64,000 nt of DNA from Chiloscyllium plagiosum (taxonomy: Eukaryota). Numbering within the stretch: position 1 is the first letter of the stretch; the number at the start of each line of letters is the position of its first letter. Under the pieces are notes generated by a model. The model saw only the letters and a list, made by a program, of their open reading frames with translations. It ran no database searches and had not been told where the DNA came from. Shown one piece after another: positions 49,272-62,907 of the stretch. The stretch is from the NCBI RefSeq assembly GCF_004010195.1, contig NC_057719.1, positions 93,325,946 through 93,389,945 of the forward strand. Reading direction: 5' to 3'. The translations under genes and the position numbers were made by a program.

Positions 49272-51830
49272 AAATCCACATATACTAAATCTACCGCCCT
49301 TGGAGAAAGTGAGGACTGCAGATGCTGGAGATCAGAGTCGAAAAGTGTGGTGCTGGAAAAGCACAGCAGGTCAGCGACCATCCAAGAAGCAGGAGAATCG
49401 ATGTTTTGGATATTCCTTATTATGGGATTATGTCCGATATGTCAATTCTCCTGCCCCTCCAATGCTGACTGACCTGCTGTGCTTTTCCAGCACCACATCT
49501 TTCTTCGTCTACCGGCCCGCCCTTGTCAACTTTCCTGGTCGCATCATCAAATAACTTTATCAAATTCATCAGGTGTGAACTGCCACTCCTAGAGTCATGC
49601 TGACTATTCCTAATCAAACTCTATTTTCCAAATGAATGCACATCTTTTCCCTGAGAATCTTCTCAAGTGACGTATCTACCACAGATGTTAAGCTTCCTGG
49701 TCTATAGTTTCCAGGCATATGCTTTTCAGTGCTTCTTCAATAAGGGCACAACATTTGCTGTCCTCCAGTCTTCTGGGATCTCACCTGTGCTCAATGATGA
49801 TCAAAATTATCAACCAGAGTCCCCGCAACTTCTTTTCTCGCCCCGTGCAGTGTTCTTGCATCTATCTGATAAGGAACATGGGATTTATCCAATTTCAAAC
49901 ATTCTAGTACATTCACTACCTCTTCTACTGTGATATGGAAGGTCCGTAAGATATCATCACCAACTTCCCCAAAGTTCCAAGTATTCATATCATTCTCCAC
50001 GTTAAACACAGAGGAGAAAGATTTGTTGAGGACATCGCCCATGGTTCCACACATGCATGTTCACTTTGGTCTTTGGGGGGCCCTATTCTCTCACTAGGCA
50101 ATGTTTTTCCTTTAATATACTTAAAATACCTCTTTGGATTCACCCTGATCTTTTCAGCCCTTCTAATTTCCTTCTTCAGTAAACTCCTGTATTCCCTGTA
50201 CACTTCCAGTGATTCCCTTGATCCCACCTGTCTGGACCTGAGCCACGCCTCCACATTTTTTTCTGGTCAAAGCCTCAATATCTTTTAGCATCCAGGGATC
50301 CCTATTCCTGTCAACATTCCTTTCACCCTCACAGGAACATATAGATCTTGAACTTTAGCCATCTCACTTTTGAAAGCTTCCCCCTTGCCGGAGGTCTCTT
50401 TGCCTACAAACTACTCAATTCAACCATTGCAAAGTCCTGTCTAATTCCATCAAAATTCACCTTACCCTAAGTTAGAACTTGAATCCGTGGACTAGTTTTT
50501 TTCCCACTCCATAACTATTTTAAAATTAATGAAACGATGGTCTCTGGTCCCAAAGTGTGCATTCACTGCCACCTCACTCACCTGTGCTGACCTATTTCTT
50601 AAGAGTACGTCAACTTTTGCCCCTTCCGCTTAGGACCCTCTATATACTGCTTGAGGAAACATTCCTGATGCACTTAATGGATTCTATCCGATCAAATCCC
50701 TTAACGCTCTGGGAGTAATAGTCTGTGTTATAAAAACTAAAATCCCTAGTACAACAACCCTATTGTTCCTGCAAGTCTCCCCAATCTCCCCACATATTTT
50801 TGTATGTCTAATTCCTGTTGACAATTTAGGTACCTACATACAACCCCAATAATGTCACCATCCCCTTCTTATTTCTTAGTCCCACCCACAAGCCGTTCCT
50901 GGTTGATCCTTTAGTTATTATATCTCTGATTGCTGCTATGATACTCCCCTTAATCAGATATGCAACTCCCCTCCCCTCCTTCCACCAGTCCTGTCCCTCC
51001 TAATGCACATTACCCTAGTACATTAAGTTGTCAGTCCTATCCATCCCTCAGCCATGTTTCTGTACTGGCTATACTATCGCAGTCCGACATACCTATCCAC
51101 GCCCTGAGTTCATCGGCCTAACCTGTCAGCCTTTTGGAATTGAAATAAATGCGATTTAATCCAACAGGCTTTTCTTGTTCTCTGTTGTTTCCAACCTGAC
51201 CTGTCTCTTCAACCTACTATTTCTGATTACTGTATCTCCTTCCAGCCTTGTGTTTGCCTCCCTGCTCTTGAGGCTACCACCCGCCCCCCACCACCGCCAT
51301 TTTAATTTGAACCCTCCATTATAGCACGAGCAAAACTGGCTGTGAAGATATTTGTCCACCCTTTGATTGCATGTGCAACCCATCCCTCTTGAAAAGGTCA
51401 ACTTTGTCACAGAAAAGATCCCAATGATCTAAAAATCTGAATCCCTCGCCCCTGCACTATTTTTAGACACGCATTTATATGCTCTATCCTCGTATCTTCC
51501 CTTCACAATCTCATGACACTGGACGTAAATCAGGAGATTATCACTGTCAAGGTCTTGATTTTTAACTATTCTCCTTGCTCTCTGTAATCAGTCTGCAGGA
51601 CATCATTCCTATATCTTTCTGTATCATTTGCGCCAACGTGCACAATGACTTCTAGCAGCTCTCCCTCCCCGTTGAGATTGTTCTGCAGACGCTCGGAGAC
51701 ATCCTGGGCACTGACACCTGAGAGGCAACACACCACCTTGGATTCCCATTTGAGGCCACAGAATCTCCGATCTGTCCCTGTAATAATCGACTCTTCTATC
51801 CCTAAAACCCTATTTATCTTTATCCTTTCT
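49272..51830 (-). mobile_element. CR1 LINE fragment (ORF1 esterase end, APE, RT start)
   Basis: Minus strand NLIKLFDDATRKVDKG, LKLDKSHVPYQID, NPKRYFKYIKGK, GRGVAY and FLDHWDLF remnants. Confidence 0.88.
49303..49500. mobile_element. ~200-bp fold-back PLE-derived insertion with probable TSD
   Basis: tgtggtgctggaaaagcacagcaggtcag versus ctgacctgctgtgcttttccagcaccaca (perfect 29-bp inverted repeat); flanks tctaccgcccttg and tctaccggcccgcccttg. Confidence 0.85.
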
Positions 51831-51999
51831 GATTGTGCCCCAGAGCCAGTTGTACTGCAACCAAACTGTCTACTGCTGCTTTCCCCTGAATTGTCATTTC
51901 ACAACACCACCACCCTCCAAGATCAGTATCCAGAATGGTACACTTATTTTCAAGTGGAATGGCCGTCGAGGAATTCTGGAATCTCTGTCTACTCCCTTT

Positions 52000-54900
52000 G
52001 CCATTACTGGTGGTCGACCAGCTACTCGCTGCCTGGAACACGACAGGGAGCAAGGAATGCCTGTTTGATTAAATTGAATGCATGCAGAAGTGTGTCCAGC
52101 TGCAGCTGTTGATTGAACGCATGATGGCTCTGGAGCTGTGGATGGACTCACTGTGGAGTATCCGCATTCCTGAGGAGGTCGTGGATTCCACGTTTAGTGA
52201 ACTGGTCACACCGCAGGTTAGCATTGCTGAGGGACACAGTGCATTGGTGACCAAAAGACAGAAAAAGAGTAGGAAGGCAGTGCTGGTGTCCCCTGCGGTC
52301 ATCTCGCTCCAAAACAGGGATACCGTTTTGGATTCTGTTGGGGGGATGGCTCACCAGGGGAGGGCAGCAGTTGTCAAGATCGTGGCACCGTGGCGGGCAC
52401 TGCTGTTCAGAATGGCGGGAAAAAGATGCGTAGCGTCAGAGTCACAGGGGATTCTATTGTGAGGGGAGTAGATAGGCGGTTCTGTGGCCGAAAACGGGAC
52501 TCCCGGATGGTATGTTGCCTCCCAGGTGCTCGGTAGGGGATGTCACTCCTCGGCTGCAGAGCATTCCAAAAGGGGAGAGTGAACAGCCAGTTATCTTGGT
52601 GTATATCGACAAAAACGATATAAGTCGAAAGCGAGATGAGGTACTGAATGAAGAATTCAGGGAGCTAGAAAAGAAGTTAAAGGGGATGACCTCAAAGATC
52701 ATGATCTCGGGATTACTACCAGTGCCACGTGCTAACCAGTGTAGAAATGCAAAAAATAGGCGGGACGAACATGTGGCTTGAGAGATGGCGCTGGAGGGTG
52801 GGGCTCAGATTTGTTGGACATTGGTACAGGTTCTGGGGACTATTACAAAATGGACGGACTATATCTGAACCAGATAGGAACCAATGTCCTTGGGGGAGTT
52901 TTTGCTACTGTTGTTGCGGAGGTTTTAAACTAATGGGGCAGGGGACTGGAAGCCAGACGAGAAAACATGTAGGCAGTGAGGTGGAGACTGCAGACTGTAA
53001 GAATTATGAAGATAGCACTAATAAATTGAAGAATGGGCAGAGAGCAGGTGAATGCATATTAAATGGTGGCCCGAAATGCATCTACTTTAATGCAAGGAGT
53101 ATAGTGTGTAAGGCAGATGAACTTAGGAATGGGATTGATACCTAGGAGTATGACATTATTGCCATCACAAAGACTTGGTGGAAGGAAGGGCATGGAGACT
53201 GGCAGCTGAATGCTCCAGGATATAGACGTTTCAGACAGGACAAGAAGGGAAGTAAAAGAGGGGGTGGAGTTGCATTGCTGGTCAGGGACAATATCACGGC
53301 TGTACTAAAGGAGGACACTATAGGTAGTGAGGCATTATGAGTGAAGCTGAGAAATACGAAGGGTACAGTGACATTCTTGGGGCTGTATTACAGACCTCCC
53401 AACAGTGAGCTTGAGGTAGAAAAATAAATAGGTAAATAGATTATGAATAGATGTAGAGGCAATAGGTAGTGGTGATGGGAGATTTTAATTTTTCTAATAT
53501 TGACTGGGATACACTTAGCATCAGAGGTCTGGATAGAGCAGAATTTGTACGAAGCGTCGAAGAGAGTTTTCTAGCGCAGTATACCAATAGTCCGACAAGG
53601 GAAGGGGCCATACTGGATCTGGTATTGGGGAACGAACCAGGACAAGTGGTAGAGGTTGTGGTGGGCGATTTCTTTGGGAACAGTGACCACAATTCTGTAA
53701 GTTTTCTAATACTCGTAGATAAAGAAGAGAGTGGTCCTATGGGAAGAGTACTAAACTGGGCCAAGGCCAATTATATCAAAATTATGCAGGAGCTGGAAAA
53801 TTTGAATTGGACAGAGCTATTTGAAGGGTAGTCCACATTTGAGATATGGGAGGGTTTCAAAGGTAGGTTAACGGCAGTGCAGGACAGGCATGTCCCATTG
53901 AAAGCAAAGGATAGGAAGGGCAAGATTCGTGAACCATGGATGACAGGAGAAATTGTACGACTAGCCAAGAGGAAAAGGGAAGAGTGCATCAGGTCTAGGC
54001 AGCTGAGAACAGAACAGGTCCTGGAGGAATAGCGAAAGAGTAGGAAAATACTTAAATAAGGAATGAAGCGGGCTAAAAGGAGTCATGAAATAGCTTTAGC
54101 TAGCAGAATTAAGGAAAATTCAAAAGCATTTTATTCTTATATAAGAAGCAAGCGGGTAACGAGAGAAAGGATAGGTTCACTAAAAGATAATGAAGGAAGG
54201 TTGTGTACCGAACCTGAGAAAATGGGTGACAGTCTGAATGATTACTTTGCATCACTGTTCACTGAGGAAAGGAACATGATGAATCTTGAGATTAGGGATA
54301 GAAGTTTGATTAGTCTGGATCACGTTGGCATAAGTATGGAAGATGTGTTGGGTATGCTAGAGATTATTAAGGTGGACAAAATGAAGTCATATGGTGTGCA
54401 GGGTGTTCTCGCTAGGTGGATAAAGAGCTGGTTGATCATTAGGAGACAGAGAGTAGTAGTTGAAGCGAGTTTCTCGAAATGGAGAAAGGTGACCAGCGGT
54501 GTTCCACAGGGGTCAGTATTGGGGCCACTGATGTTTGCAATATACATAAATGATCTAGAAGCGGGCACTGTTGGTATGATCAGCAAGTTTGCAGATGATA
54601 CAAAGATTGCTGGAGTGGCAGAAAGCATAAGGGACTGTCAGAGAATACAGGAGGATATACATAGACCAGAGAGCTGGGCAGAAAATCGGCAGATGGCCTT
54701 CAATCCAGAAAAATGTGAGGTGATGCATTTAGGCAAGACTAATTCTAGAGCGAATTACACAATGAATGGAAGAGCCTTGGGAAAAGTTGATGGGCAGAGA
54801 GATCTGGGAATGGAGGTCCATTGTACCCTGAAGGTTTCTGCACAGGTGGAGAGAGTGGTCAAGAAATGATATAGTATGCTTGCCTTCATGGGAGGGGGTA

Positions 54901-55492
54901 TTGTGTATGAAGCTGGCAAGTCATGTTAAAACTGTACAAGACATTGGTTCGACCGCATTTGCAATACTCTGTACAGTTCTGTGCGCCACATTACCAAAAG
55001 GATGTGGACGCTTTGGAGAGGGTGCAGAGAAGGTTTACGAGGTATGGAAGGTGCTAGCTATGAAGAGAAGTTGAATAGGTTAGGTTTATTTACACGAGAA
55101 ACAAGGAGATTGAGGGGGTCCTGATTGAGGTTTACAAAATTATGAAGTGTATACACAAGGTGAATAGAGACAAGCTGTTTCCCAGGGCGAAGGATTCAAT
55201 AACGAAAGGTGATACTTTCAAGGTGAGAGGTGGAAAGTTTAAGGGGGATACACACGGTACGTACGTCACACAGAGGGTGCTGGACGTTTGGAACGCGTTG
55301 CCAGCAGAGGTGGTAGAGGCAGACACGGTAAATTCATTTAAGATGCGTCTTGACAGATGCATGAGTAGCTGGGGAGCAGAGGGATACAGATGCTTAGGAA
55401 TTGACTGACAGGTTTAGACAGTGCATTTGGATTGGGTCAAGCTTGGAGGGCTGAAGGGCCTGTTCCACAGCTGTAAATGTTCTTTGTTCTTT
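52000..55492 (+). mobile_element. CR1 LINE: ORF1, ORF2 with internal RT deletion, 3' tail
   Basis: QKCVQLQLL (ORF1 zinc finger/zipper); GDSIVRG esterase; CIYFNARSI, MGDFNF, ILDLVL and SDHN (APE); VTSGVPQGSVLGP..FADDTK (ORF 54063-54869, where KVDK joins MKSYG directly); gttctttgttctt tail. Confidence 0.95.
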
Positions 55493-56359
55493 AAATTGTG
55501 TTTATTTAAATGCAACAGGACTGACAGGTAAGGCTAACGAACTCAGGGAGTGGATCTTAAATGGGACTGGTATATGTCAGTCATTACAGAAACATGGCTG
55601 AGGAAGGGACATGGGTGTGACCACCTCACAAAAGCTCTTATCTATGAAGTTCTCAATGTCTAGGATGATCCTGAATGTATCAAACTCCAGCTCCCAAACA
55701 TGGACTCCCAGGAGCTGCAGCTGTGTGCACGTCCCACATGTATAGTCATCAGAGACAGTGGAAATCTCCCTGAGCTCCTACATCCCGCAGGAGGAATATG
55801 TGACTGCCCTAATTATCATCTGAATTGCAGTAACTCTAGAGTCATAGAGTCATAGATATGTACAGCACGGAAACAGACCCTGCGGTCTAACTCGCCCATG
55901 CCGAACAGATATCTCAACGAATTAAAAGGACTTTATTTGATCTTAATGGTACATTTGTCTGAGCTGTTACTCGCTGAAGCCTCTCGAAACAAAGCATTAC
56001 TACCTACTCTACTACTAATAGAATGTCTATCGACCACTCCACATTTAGTTTTGGTTATGGAAATGGGATGTTGTGTTTTGGCCTTAAACACTCTCTGCCA
56101 CCAGGCCCATGACGATCTGTTCTTCAGTGCAGGTCACTGATTGGCCTTGGAGGGTGGCTGTCTGAGGTCTTCCTTCTGGTAGTGCTGAAAATCTTCACCC
56201 CTACAGCCAATCCGTGTTGTCACAGTCCTCTGGTCCTTTCTGTATAATTGTACTGCATTTATGAATTCCTTTATTGTATTGATTGCATTCTAAACAGTTT
56301 CTCACTCCGGACGGAGAGAGATTGATGTTCCAGTGAGTACAGGCTATTGGAAAAGTTTA

Positions 56360-58050
56360 TCGTTAGGTATAAGAATTACAGTATGCCCATGCTTTTGCTG
56401 AGTCTTCTTTTCCTTTCAATTAGGATATAATTATTCTGATAATGCTCCAGTCCATTTTCTTGCGTTTTCCCTGTAACCTTTGTTTAAAAATCTGTCTGTC
56501 ACAGCCTTGAAGATAATTAGTGACCCATCCTCAACAGCCTTCACAACTGTTTCCCTCCCACTGGTGTGAGACTTGGTCGTCTTTAATCCCATGTTGTTTT
56601 TTCCTGTGTGGAAGTTGAGCCTACATCAGATGTTGTCCTGTTGGATCACACCACCTCTGTGGCCAGAGACAAAAAAAAACAAGGTTTAAACGCCTGTAAT
56701 CTCCTCCTCCATTTTCCACGTCAGTCCATGATAGAGTTCATCCAGGTCTATGGATTTGCCCACTTTTTACCCTGCACCACCTTCCAATTCTTCCACAGCT
56801 TCTGCATTAATTTGCTCAAGGATCAAACTGTCAGCAACTGACAGTGAATTCAGGAGATGCTTCTCCAAAGTGAAGACCAATATGTAGTACGTTTTAAAAA
56901 TATTCTCTGGCTCTGTGCACATGCTGCCTCCTCGGTCCCTAATACCCTCTCTAACCCTTAATAAACCGATAAAATGTCTTTGGATATTTGAAAATATTGC
57001 CCGCTAATGTTTCTTTCACCCCATTTTTTGCTCATCTCTTTACGTTATTGAGTTTAGCCCAACACGGTATCTACTCTTCTAGCACATCCATTTACCTGTC
57101 CACTTTATTGCTTCTTTAAGCTGGTCTTTCATTTTTAATTCTGTTCTGAATATTTGTAGACATCCAAGGTTCTCTGAGCTTGTTTACGTAAATTACATCT
57201 TTGGTAAAATATGTAGCGGTGACACTCTCATCAATTCCATTTTGAACATGTGATCCCACCACCACCACCTACATGCTGTGCTGCTACAGTTTCACCCAGA
57301 ATTAACTACTGTGGCCAGATCCTGTCTTATATTATAATAGAATTTGCCTCCCCATTCCAAAAACGTTTATTTTTCAAAAATTATTTGGGTCTTTTCCTTA
57401 GCAAACTCAAAATGTGTGATGTCATGGTCACTGGTCATGCAAGGCTCTCCCAATCCCGCCTGCAATACCTGACTGGCTTCTTTCCCCACATTGAGGCCCA
57501 ACACTGTACCACCTATTGGTTTATCTGTTACATGTTGATATAAGAAACTCTCTAGAATAAATTTCAAGTCCCCTCTTAAAACGTTATCACTGCCCTAATG
57601 AATGTTTGGAATTGAAATGCCTGAATATAATTATAATGTTATTGTTTTTACACACCTCAGTAAATTGGTTATAAATCTACTCCCGCACTTTCTTTTATCT
57701 GGGGTATCTATATTATATCCCCAGCGGTGTGTGGGTATTTGTTTTGATCCTATGCTCTACCCACAAAGTGTCACTTAAAGATCCTTCCAAGATATCATCC
57801 CTCCTTACTGCAGTAACTGACTCCATTATTAATAATGCAACACCATCTCCTCTTTTACCCCTCCCCTGTGCTGCCTATAGTTCTGATACCACAGGATATT
57901 GAGTTGTCAGCTCTGAACCCTGTACAACACATCTCTGTGATGGCAAAAATGTCACACTACCCCATGTCACCTCGTTCCCTTATGACAATTATCTGTCTGA
58001 TAATATTCCCAGCATAAGGTAAAGGACATCCAGCCTGGAATATAACACCT
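56360..58050 (-). mobile_element. Old, fragmented CR1 pieces
   Basis: Reverse reads LGLNVGKEASQV...SDHDITHF (APE) and related remnants. Confidence 0.6.
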
Positions 58051-58288
58051 GGAATGCTCTGTACGTCGGAGTTTTTCAGTCATTTACTGTTTGCTATCAA
58101 GCTGCCTAATCCATGAACCAAAATTGCAACTCTGGGACTGAATGAATATTTGCTGAATTGTAATTTTTTTAAAATTAACTCATTCATCAAATGAAACTTT
58201 CCAGAAATAAACAGTCAGCTCCACATACAATGAATTCCTGCTGACTAATTCCCCGCTCAGAGTGAAGAAGGAACAGCCTTCAGTAATG

Positions 58289-58412
58289 GAGAAAGTGAGG
58301 ACTGCAGTTGCTGGATAGCAGAGTCGTAAAGTGTGGTGCTGTTAAAGCACAGCGTATCAGGCAGCATCCGAGGAACAGGAGAGTGAAAGCTTTGGGCATA
58401 AGCCATTCACCA
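58289..58412 (-). mobile_element. Neptune-type PLE 3'-end fragment (single arm)
   Basis: ggagaaagtgaggactgcag...ggcagcatccgaggaacaggagagt..tttgggcataagccattcaccagg matches 46118-46245. Confidence 0.85.
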
Positions 58413-58544
58413 GGAAGGCATTGGATTGGTGTGTTCACATTTTTTTTCCATTCCATGATTCATGGGATATTTGGAACTGTACTTTCTCAGAAGGGCAGCA
58501 CTGTGTATAGCCCTGAAATGGAAAACAGTCAATCAGTTGTTTGG

Positions 58545-59099
58545 ACAAGTAGTAGACGAAGTGAGGTGAAGTACAAACATAAGGATAGATAAATCCCCTG
58601 GGCCAGACAGGAAACAACCGAGGTTACTACAACAAGTGAGGAAAGAGATTGCTGTGTCTTTGGCGATGATCTTTGCATCCCTACTTTCCACTGAAATATT
58701 GCCAGATGATTGGAGCATGGCACATGTTGTTCCCTTGTTTCTGGAAAGGGAATAGGGATACTCCTGGGAATTACAGGCCAGCCAGTCTTGCATATGTACT
58801 GGGCAAAATATTGGAGAGGTTTCTGAGAGACGGAATTTATTATAACTTGTAAAATCATCGTTTGATTAGAGATAGTCAGCATGACTTTGTAAGGATCAGG
58901 TGATGCCTCACACAACTTATTGAATTCTGTCAAGACGGGACCAAACACATTGATGAAAGTAGAGCAGTGGGTGTGATGTACATGGACTTAAGCAAAGTGG
59001 TTGATAAGTTACCCAAGAGCGGCTCATTCAGAAAGTAAGGAGGCATGGGATACAGGGAAACAGTGAAATCTGTCTGTATGGATACAGAATTATCCAGCC
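58545..59099 (+). mobile_element. CR1 RT fragment
   Basis: DKSPGPD, VVPLF, PGNYRP, SQHDFV and VMYMDLSK remnants. Confidence 0.85.
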
Positions 59100-60240
59100 C
59101 ATTCAACAATTGATGAGAAACTACAAGCTGGGTGAAATAGGAAACATACAACAGTGCAGCACAGTACAGGCCCTTCAGCTCTTGACGTCCTGGCGACCTT
59201 TTATCCAACTCTAACATCAGACTAACCTAAATGTCCTTCATTGCTCTATCAATGCAGCTATCCAATAGTGCTTAAATAGTCGCAGGTCAAGAAGGCGGTG
59301 CTGAGTCCGAGGGTTGGGACTGAGATAAGGTGGGGAGAGGGGAAATGAGGAAGCTGGAGGAATCTGCATTCATCCCTTCTGATTGATTGTTTTCCATTTC
59401 AGGGCTACACACAGTGCTGCCCTTCTGAGTGGTAGTATCATCCTTCGTCATTTCCACCACCTCCAAACAGACCCCACCACCAAGGATGTTTCTCCCTCCC
59501 CTGCCCTATCAGCATTCCAGAAAGACCACTCCCTTCGCGACTCCCTCGTCAGGTCCACACACCCCACCAACCCAACCTCCACTCCTGGCACCTTCCCATG
59601 CAACCACAAGAAATGCAAAACTTGCGCCCACACCTCACCACTCACTTTCCTCCAAGGTCCCAAGGGATCCTTCCATATCAGTCACAAATTCAACCTACAC
59701 CTCCACACACATCATTTACTGCATCCGCTGCACCCGATGTGACCACCCCGACATTGGGGAGACAGGCCGCCTGCGGGCGGAACGTTTCAGAGAACACCTC
59801 TGGGACACCCACACTAACCAACCCAATCGCCCCGTGCTTGAACACGTTAACTCCCACTCCCACTCTGCCAAGTTCCTTGGCCTCCTCCATCGCCAGACCA
59901 TTGCAACACGATGCCGGGAGGAAGAGCGCCTCATCTCCCGCGTAGGAACCCTCCAACCACAAGGGATGAATGCAGATTCCTCCAGCTTCCTCATTTCCCC
60001 TCTCCCCACCTTATCTCAGTCCCAACCCTCGGACTCAGCACCGCCTTCTTGACCTGCGATTATTTAAGCAACTATTGGATAGCTGCATTGATAGAGCAAT
60101 GAAGGACATTTAGGTTAGTCTGATGTTAGAGTTGGATAAAAGGTCGCCAGGACGTCAAGAGCTGAAGGGCCTGTACTGTGCTGCACTGTTGTATGTTTCC
60201 TGTTACACCCAGCTTGTAGTTTCTCATCAATTGTTGAATG
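59100..60240. repeat. ~280-bp near-perfect inverted repeat (59100-59378 and 59961-60240) around a PLE fragment
   Basis: cattcaacaattgatgagaaac... versus ...gtttctcatcaattgttgaatg; about 4 differences seen by eye. Confidence 0.95.
59430..60058 (+). mobile_element. Neptune-type PLE: Cys-rich linker and GIY-YIG endonuclease, frameshifted
   Basis: PGTFPCNHKKCKTC, then IIYCIRCTRCDHPDIGETGRLRAERFREH..EEERLISRVGTLQPQGMN (ORFs 59383 and 59429). Confidence 0.92.
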
Positions 60241-61659
60241 TGTGAGGGAGTGTTGTGTGTGAAATCAGGAAGCTGGGGAGAGGCATTAGCCCAAGACTTC
60301 CAGTGCGGATTTTCATTGTTACAGTCACCTGAATGCCAGTATAATATTTGTGTAGGCGTACACAAGACAAAATCTGCGAAGTTCAGTTATTAACATGAGT
60401 CTTGACTTGCCATTGGCTGTTGGTTTCTTCAGATACAATCTGTTTGGTGACCCATGTATTAATCAGATATTTGCTATTTTGCGAATTGGGCAAATATAAG
60501 ATGGGAACTATGATTATTCAACTGAACAATAAACTCTGAAAAGAATAAGGTTGATTCTATATTCATTAAATTAATATATATACTCCTATCAAGATTTTCT
60601 AACACAAAAATAGAGAACGCACATTTTATTTTATTTCAAACAACCAACATAGCATCTAACTATTTTGACAATCAGAAGTACATATTCGATGTCAGGATTC
60701 AAAACAATGCATTCTCACTCCAATATTTTGAAAATGGTGGGTTAATGAATGATTACATGTTCAGAGAGAGCAAAAGATCGAACAATTAAATAGAATTAGC
60801 GTTCCTATACATTTATATATAATCAATCAGTTTAATTTCTCACTGAAGTATACGAGCTATTTGCCAGCAATTTAGAAATGGCTATAATTCAACATGCACG
60901 GTGAATATTAAACTAAATAAATGATTTGTGCTATCAAGTTTGAGTGAACAATAATTTGAAAACTTTCAATGTTAAAAAAGAATGATATTTAATATGAAAT
61001 GTGGACAGTGAAAAATAAATGATGAACATATTATCGTGTGAATGATAAGTCAGACCGTTTCAAAGAGATTTGTGCAAAAGTAATGACATCATTATTTTAC
61101 TAATGGAATACAACATTGAAAATATTCATGTTCTGAGCAATAGTTAGACTTCATAATGAAGCTGACTTCCATTTTAAATGCTCATGCTGCACCAATTAAT
61201 CAGACATTTGCAAGCATTTACAATGGGAAATAATCGGATACTGATTTTCATTCGCATCTGACACATGGTAGAGTACACAACTTTATAGTATGGAGGAGGC
61301 CATTGGCCACTGTGTATGCATCAGCTCCAGGAATGTCTCCCAAGCGCCTCCCATTTTCCAGCTTTATCTCTATTGTCCGTTAAATTCATAATTTCCAAAT
61401 ATATATCTAGTTCTTTTTTGAATCTCGCTGGCAGTCCATTCCAATTCCTAGCAACTCTCTCAATACAGAAGTTCTTATTTGCCCTTATCTTACTCCTAGC
61501 TCTTTTTGCTGACAATCTTGAAAGTAGAATTCCTTGATGCTGTAATGCGAACTACCGGAAACATAATATTCTTGTTTTACTCTGCAACCTGTTTTCATAC
61601 TTTTGAGCAATACAATAAGTTCACATCTTTGTCTGTTCTGCTACAGGAAGAGTAAGTCT

Positions 61660-62122
61660 TACAAGAAGTGTAACAAACTCTACATCCGAAAAACAAGCAG
61701 GAAACTATACACCAGGATACATGAACATCAATTAGTCACAAAAAGCCATGACACACTGTCACTAGTTACCTTATGTAGAGATGAGGAAGTATACCACTTT
61801 GACTGGGTCTGCACATCCATCCTAGGACATGCCAAACAGAGACATGCACAAGAATTCCTGGAAGCATGGCATTCCAAACGGAACTCTACCAACAAACACC
61901 ACGAGTTTGACTCCAGCTACCACCCTCTGAGAGAAAGAACAGGAAATGACATCATCAACATGGGAAATTACAGCACCAACTCACGGAAGCCAAAACACTT
62001 AAATAGAAAGTGGGACATAACAGCAGCACTTCAACGGCAGTTCATTGGTGAAGTTCCCTAGTATAGTGATGAACCGTCTGAAAATGAACTCTCCAGCTGA
62101 GTGAGCAAACTGACATCCAGAA
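61660..62122 (+). mobile_element. Poseidon-type PLE GIY-YIG 3' fragment nested in a minus-strand CR1 3' end (about 61280-62200)
   Basis: LYIRKTSRKLYTRIHEHQL..HFDW..QEFLEAWHS (ORF 61603-62061). Confidence 0.88.
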
Positions 62123-62207
62123 TAAGCCATTTTCTCTCATCATTCCTTTAATTCAATCCTTAGTTCCAGTTATCATTCTGATTTTTTATAAGGTTACTGG
62201 TATTCTT

Positions 62208-62250
62208 CTGAGAGAGAGACAGAGAGAGGAAGAGAAAGAGAGAGAGAGAA
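62208..62250. repeat. (GA)n tract
   Basis: Directly visible. Confidence 0.9.
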
Positions 62251-62254
62251 AACA

Positions 62255-62500
62255 ATCCTGTCTAATCTCTGGATTACTGCCCGTGCCATGTGGAAGAGTA
62301 GTAAGGATTAGGAAGACAATTTCGCTTAACACATTGTTAAAAAGTTACTTCAGTGTTGAAGGTTTCAGATTTTTGTATCATTGGGATATCTTCCAGGACA
62401 GGTGGGACCTGTACAAAAAAGAGAGGTTGCGTATTAACTGGAGGACCAACAACATCCTTGTGGGGAGGTTTGCTAGTGCAAGTCGAATGAATTAAACCAA
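62255..62500 (+). mobile_element. CR1 ORF1 esterase C-terminal fragment
   Basis: ISGLLPVP..EGFRFLYHWDIFQDRWDLYKK..NILVGRFA. Confidence 0.8.
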
Positions 62501-62907
62501 CAAACCATAAGAGTAATAACCAAAGCAGCAGGTCAGAAACTGAGCAGAAGGTAGAGATGAATAGGACATCACGTATGACCAGTCTAATGACCATGTTGAG
62601 GGAAGGAATCATATCAGTTCAAAATATGAGTTGGGATAAATGTTAGAGATAAGGCTCAAGTTTATCTGGGATTAACAAATAAGGATGAAGATTGTGGGGG
62701 ACTTGATGGAATGAGATGTGTGGGATCAGGAAGCTAGTGCACAATAAAATAATAAAGGGTAAAGAGGTTGGGGTGGAGTGGGGTGCGGATTGCTGTGATG
62801 AACAATTAGCAATAAAGCACAGGAAGTGAATACGCAAAGGCGTTTTAAAAGTTTGTGAGGTTACCTGCCTCAACTACCCTCCTAGGCAATACGTTCCACA
62901 GACATAC

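Noticed and set aside
54063..54869. Longest ORF (268 aa) as a host gene or active RT
   Set aside because: It is CR1 ORF2 with an internal deletion of the early RT motifs and stops on both sides.
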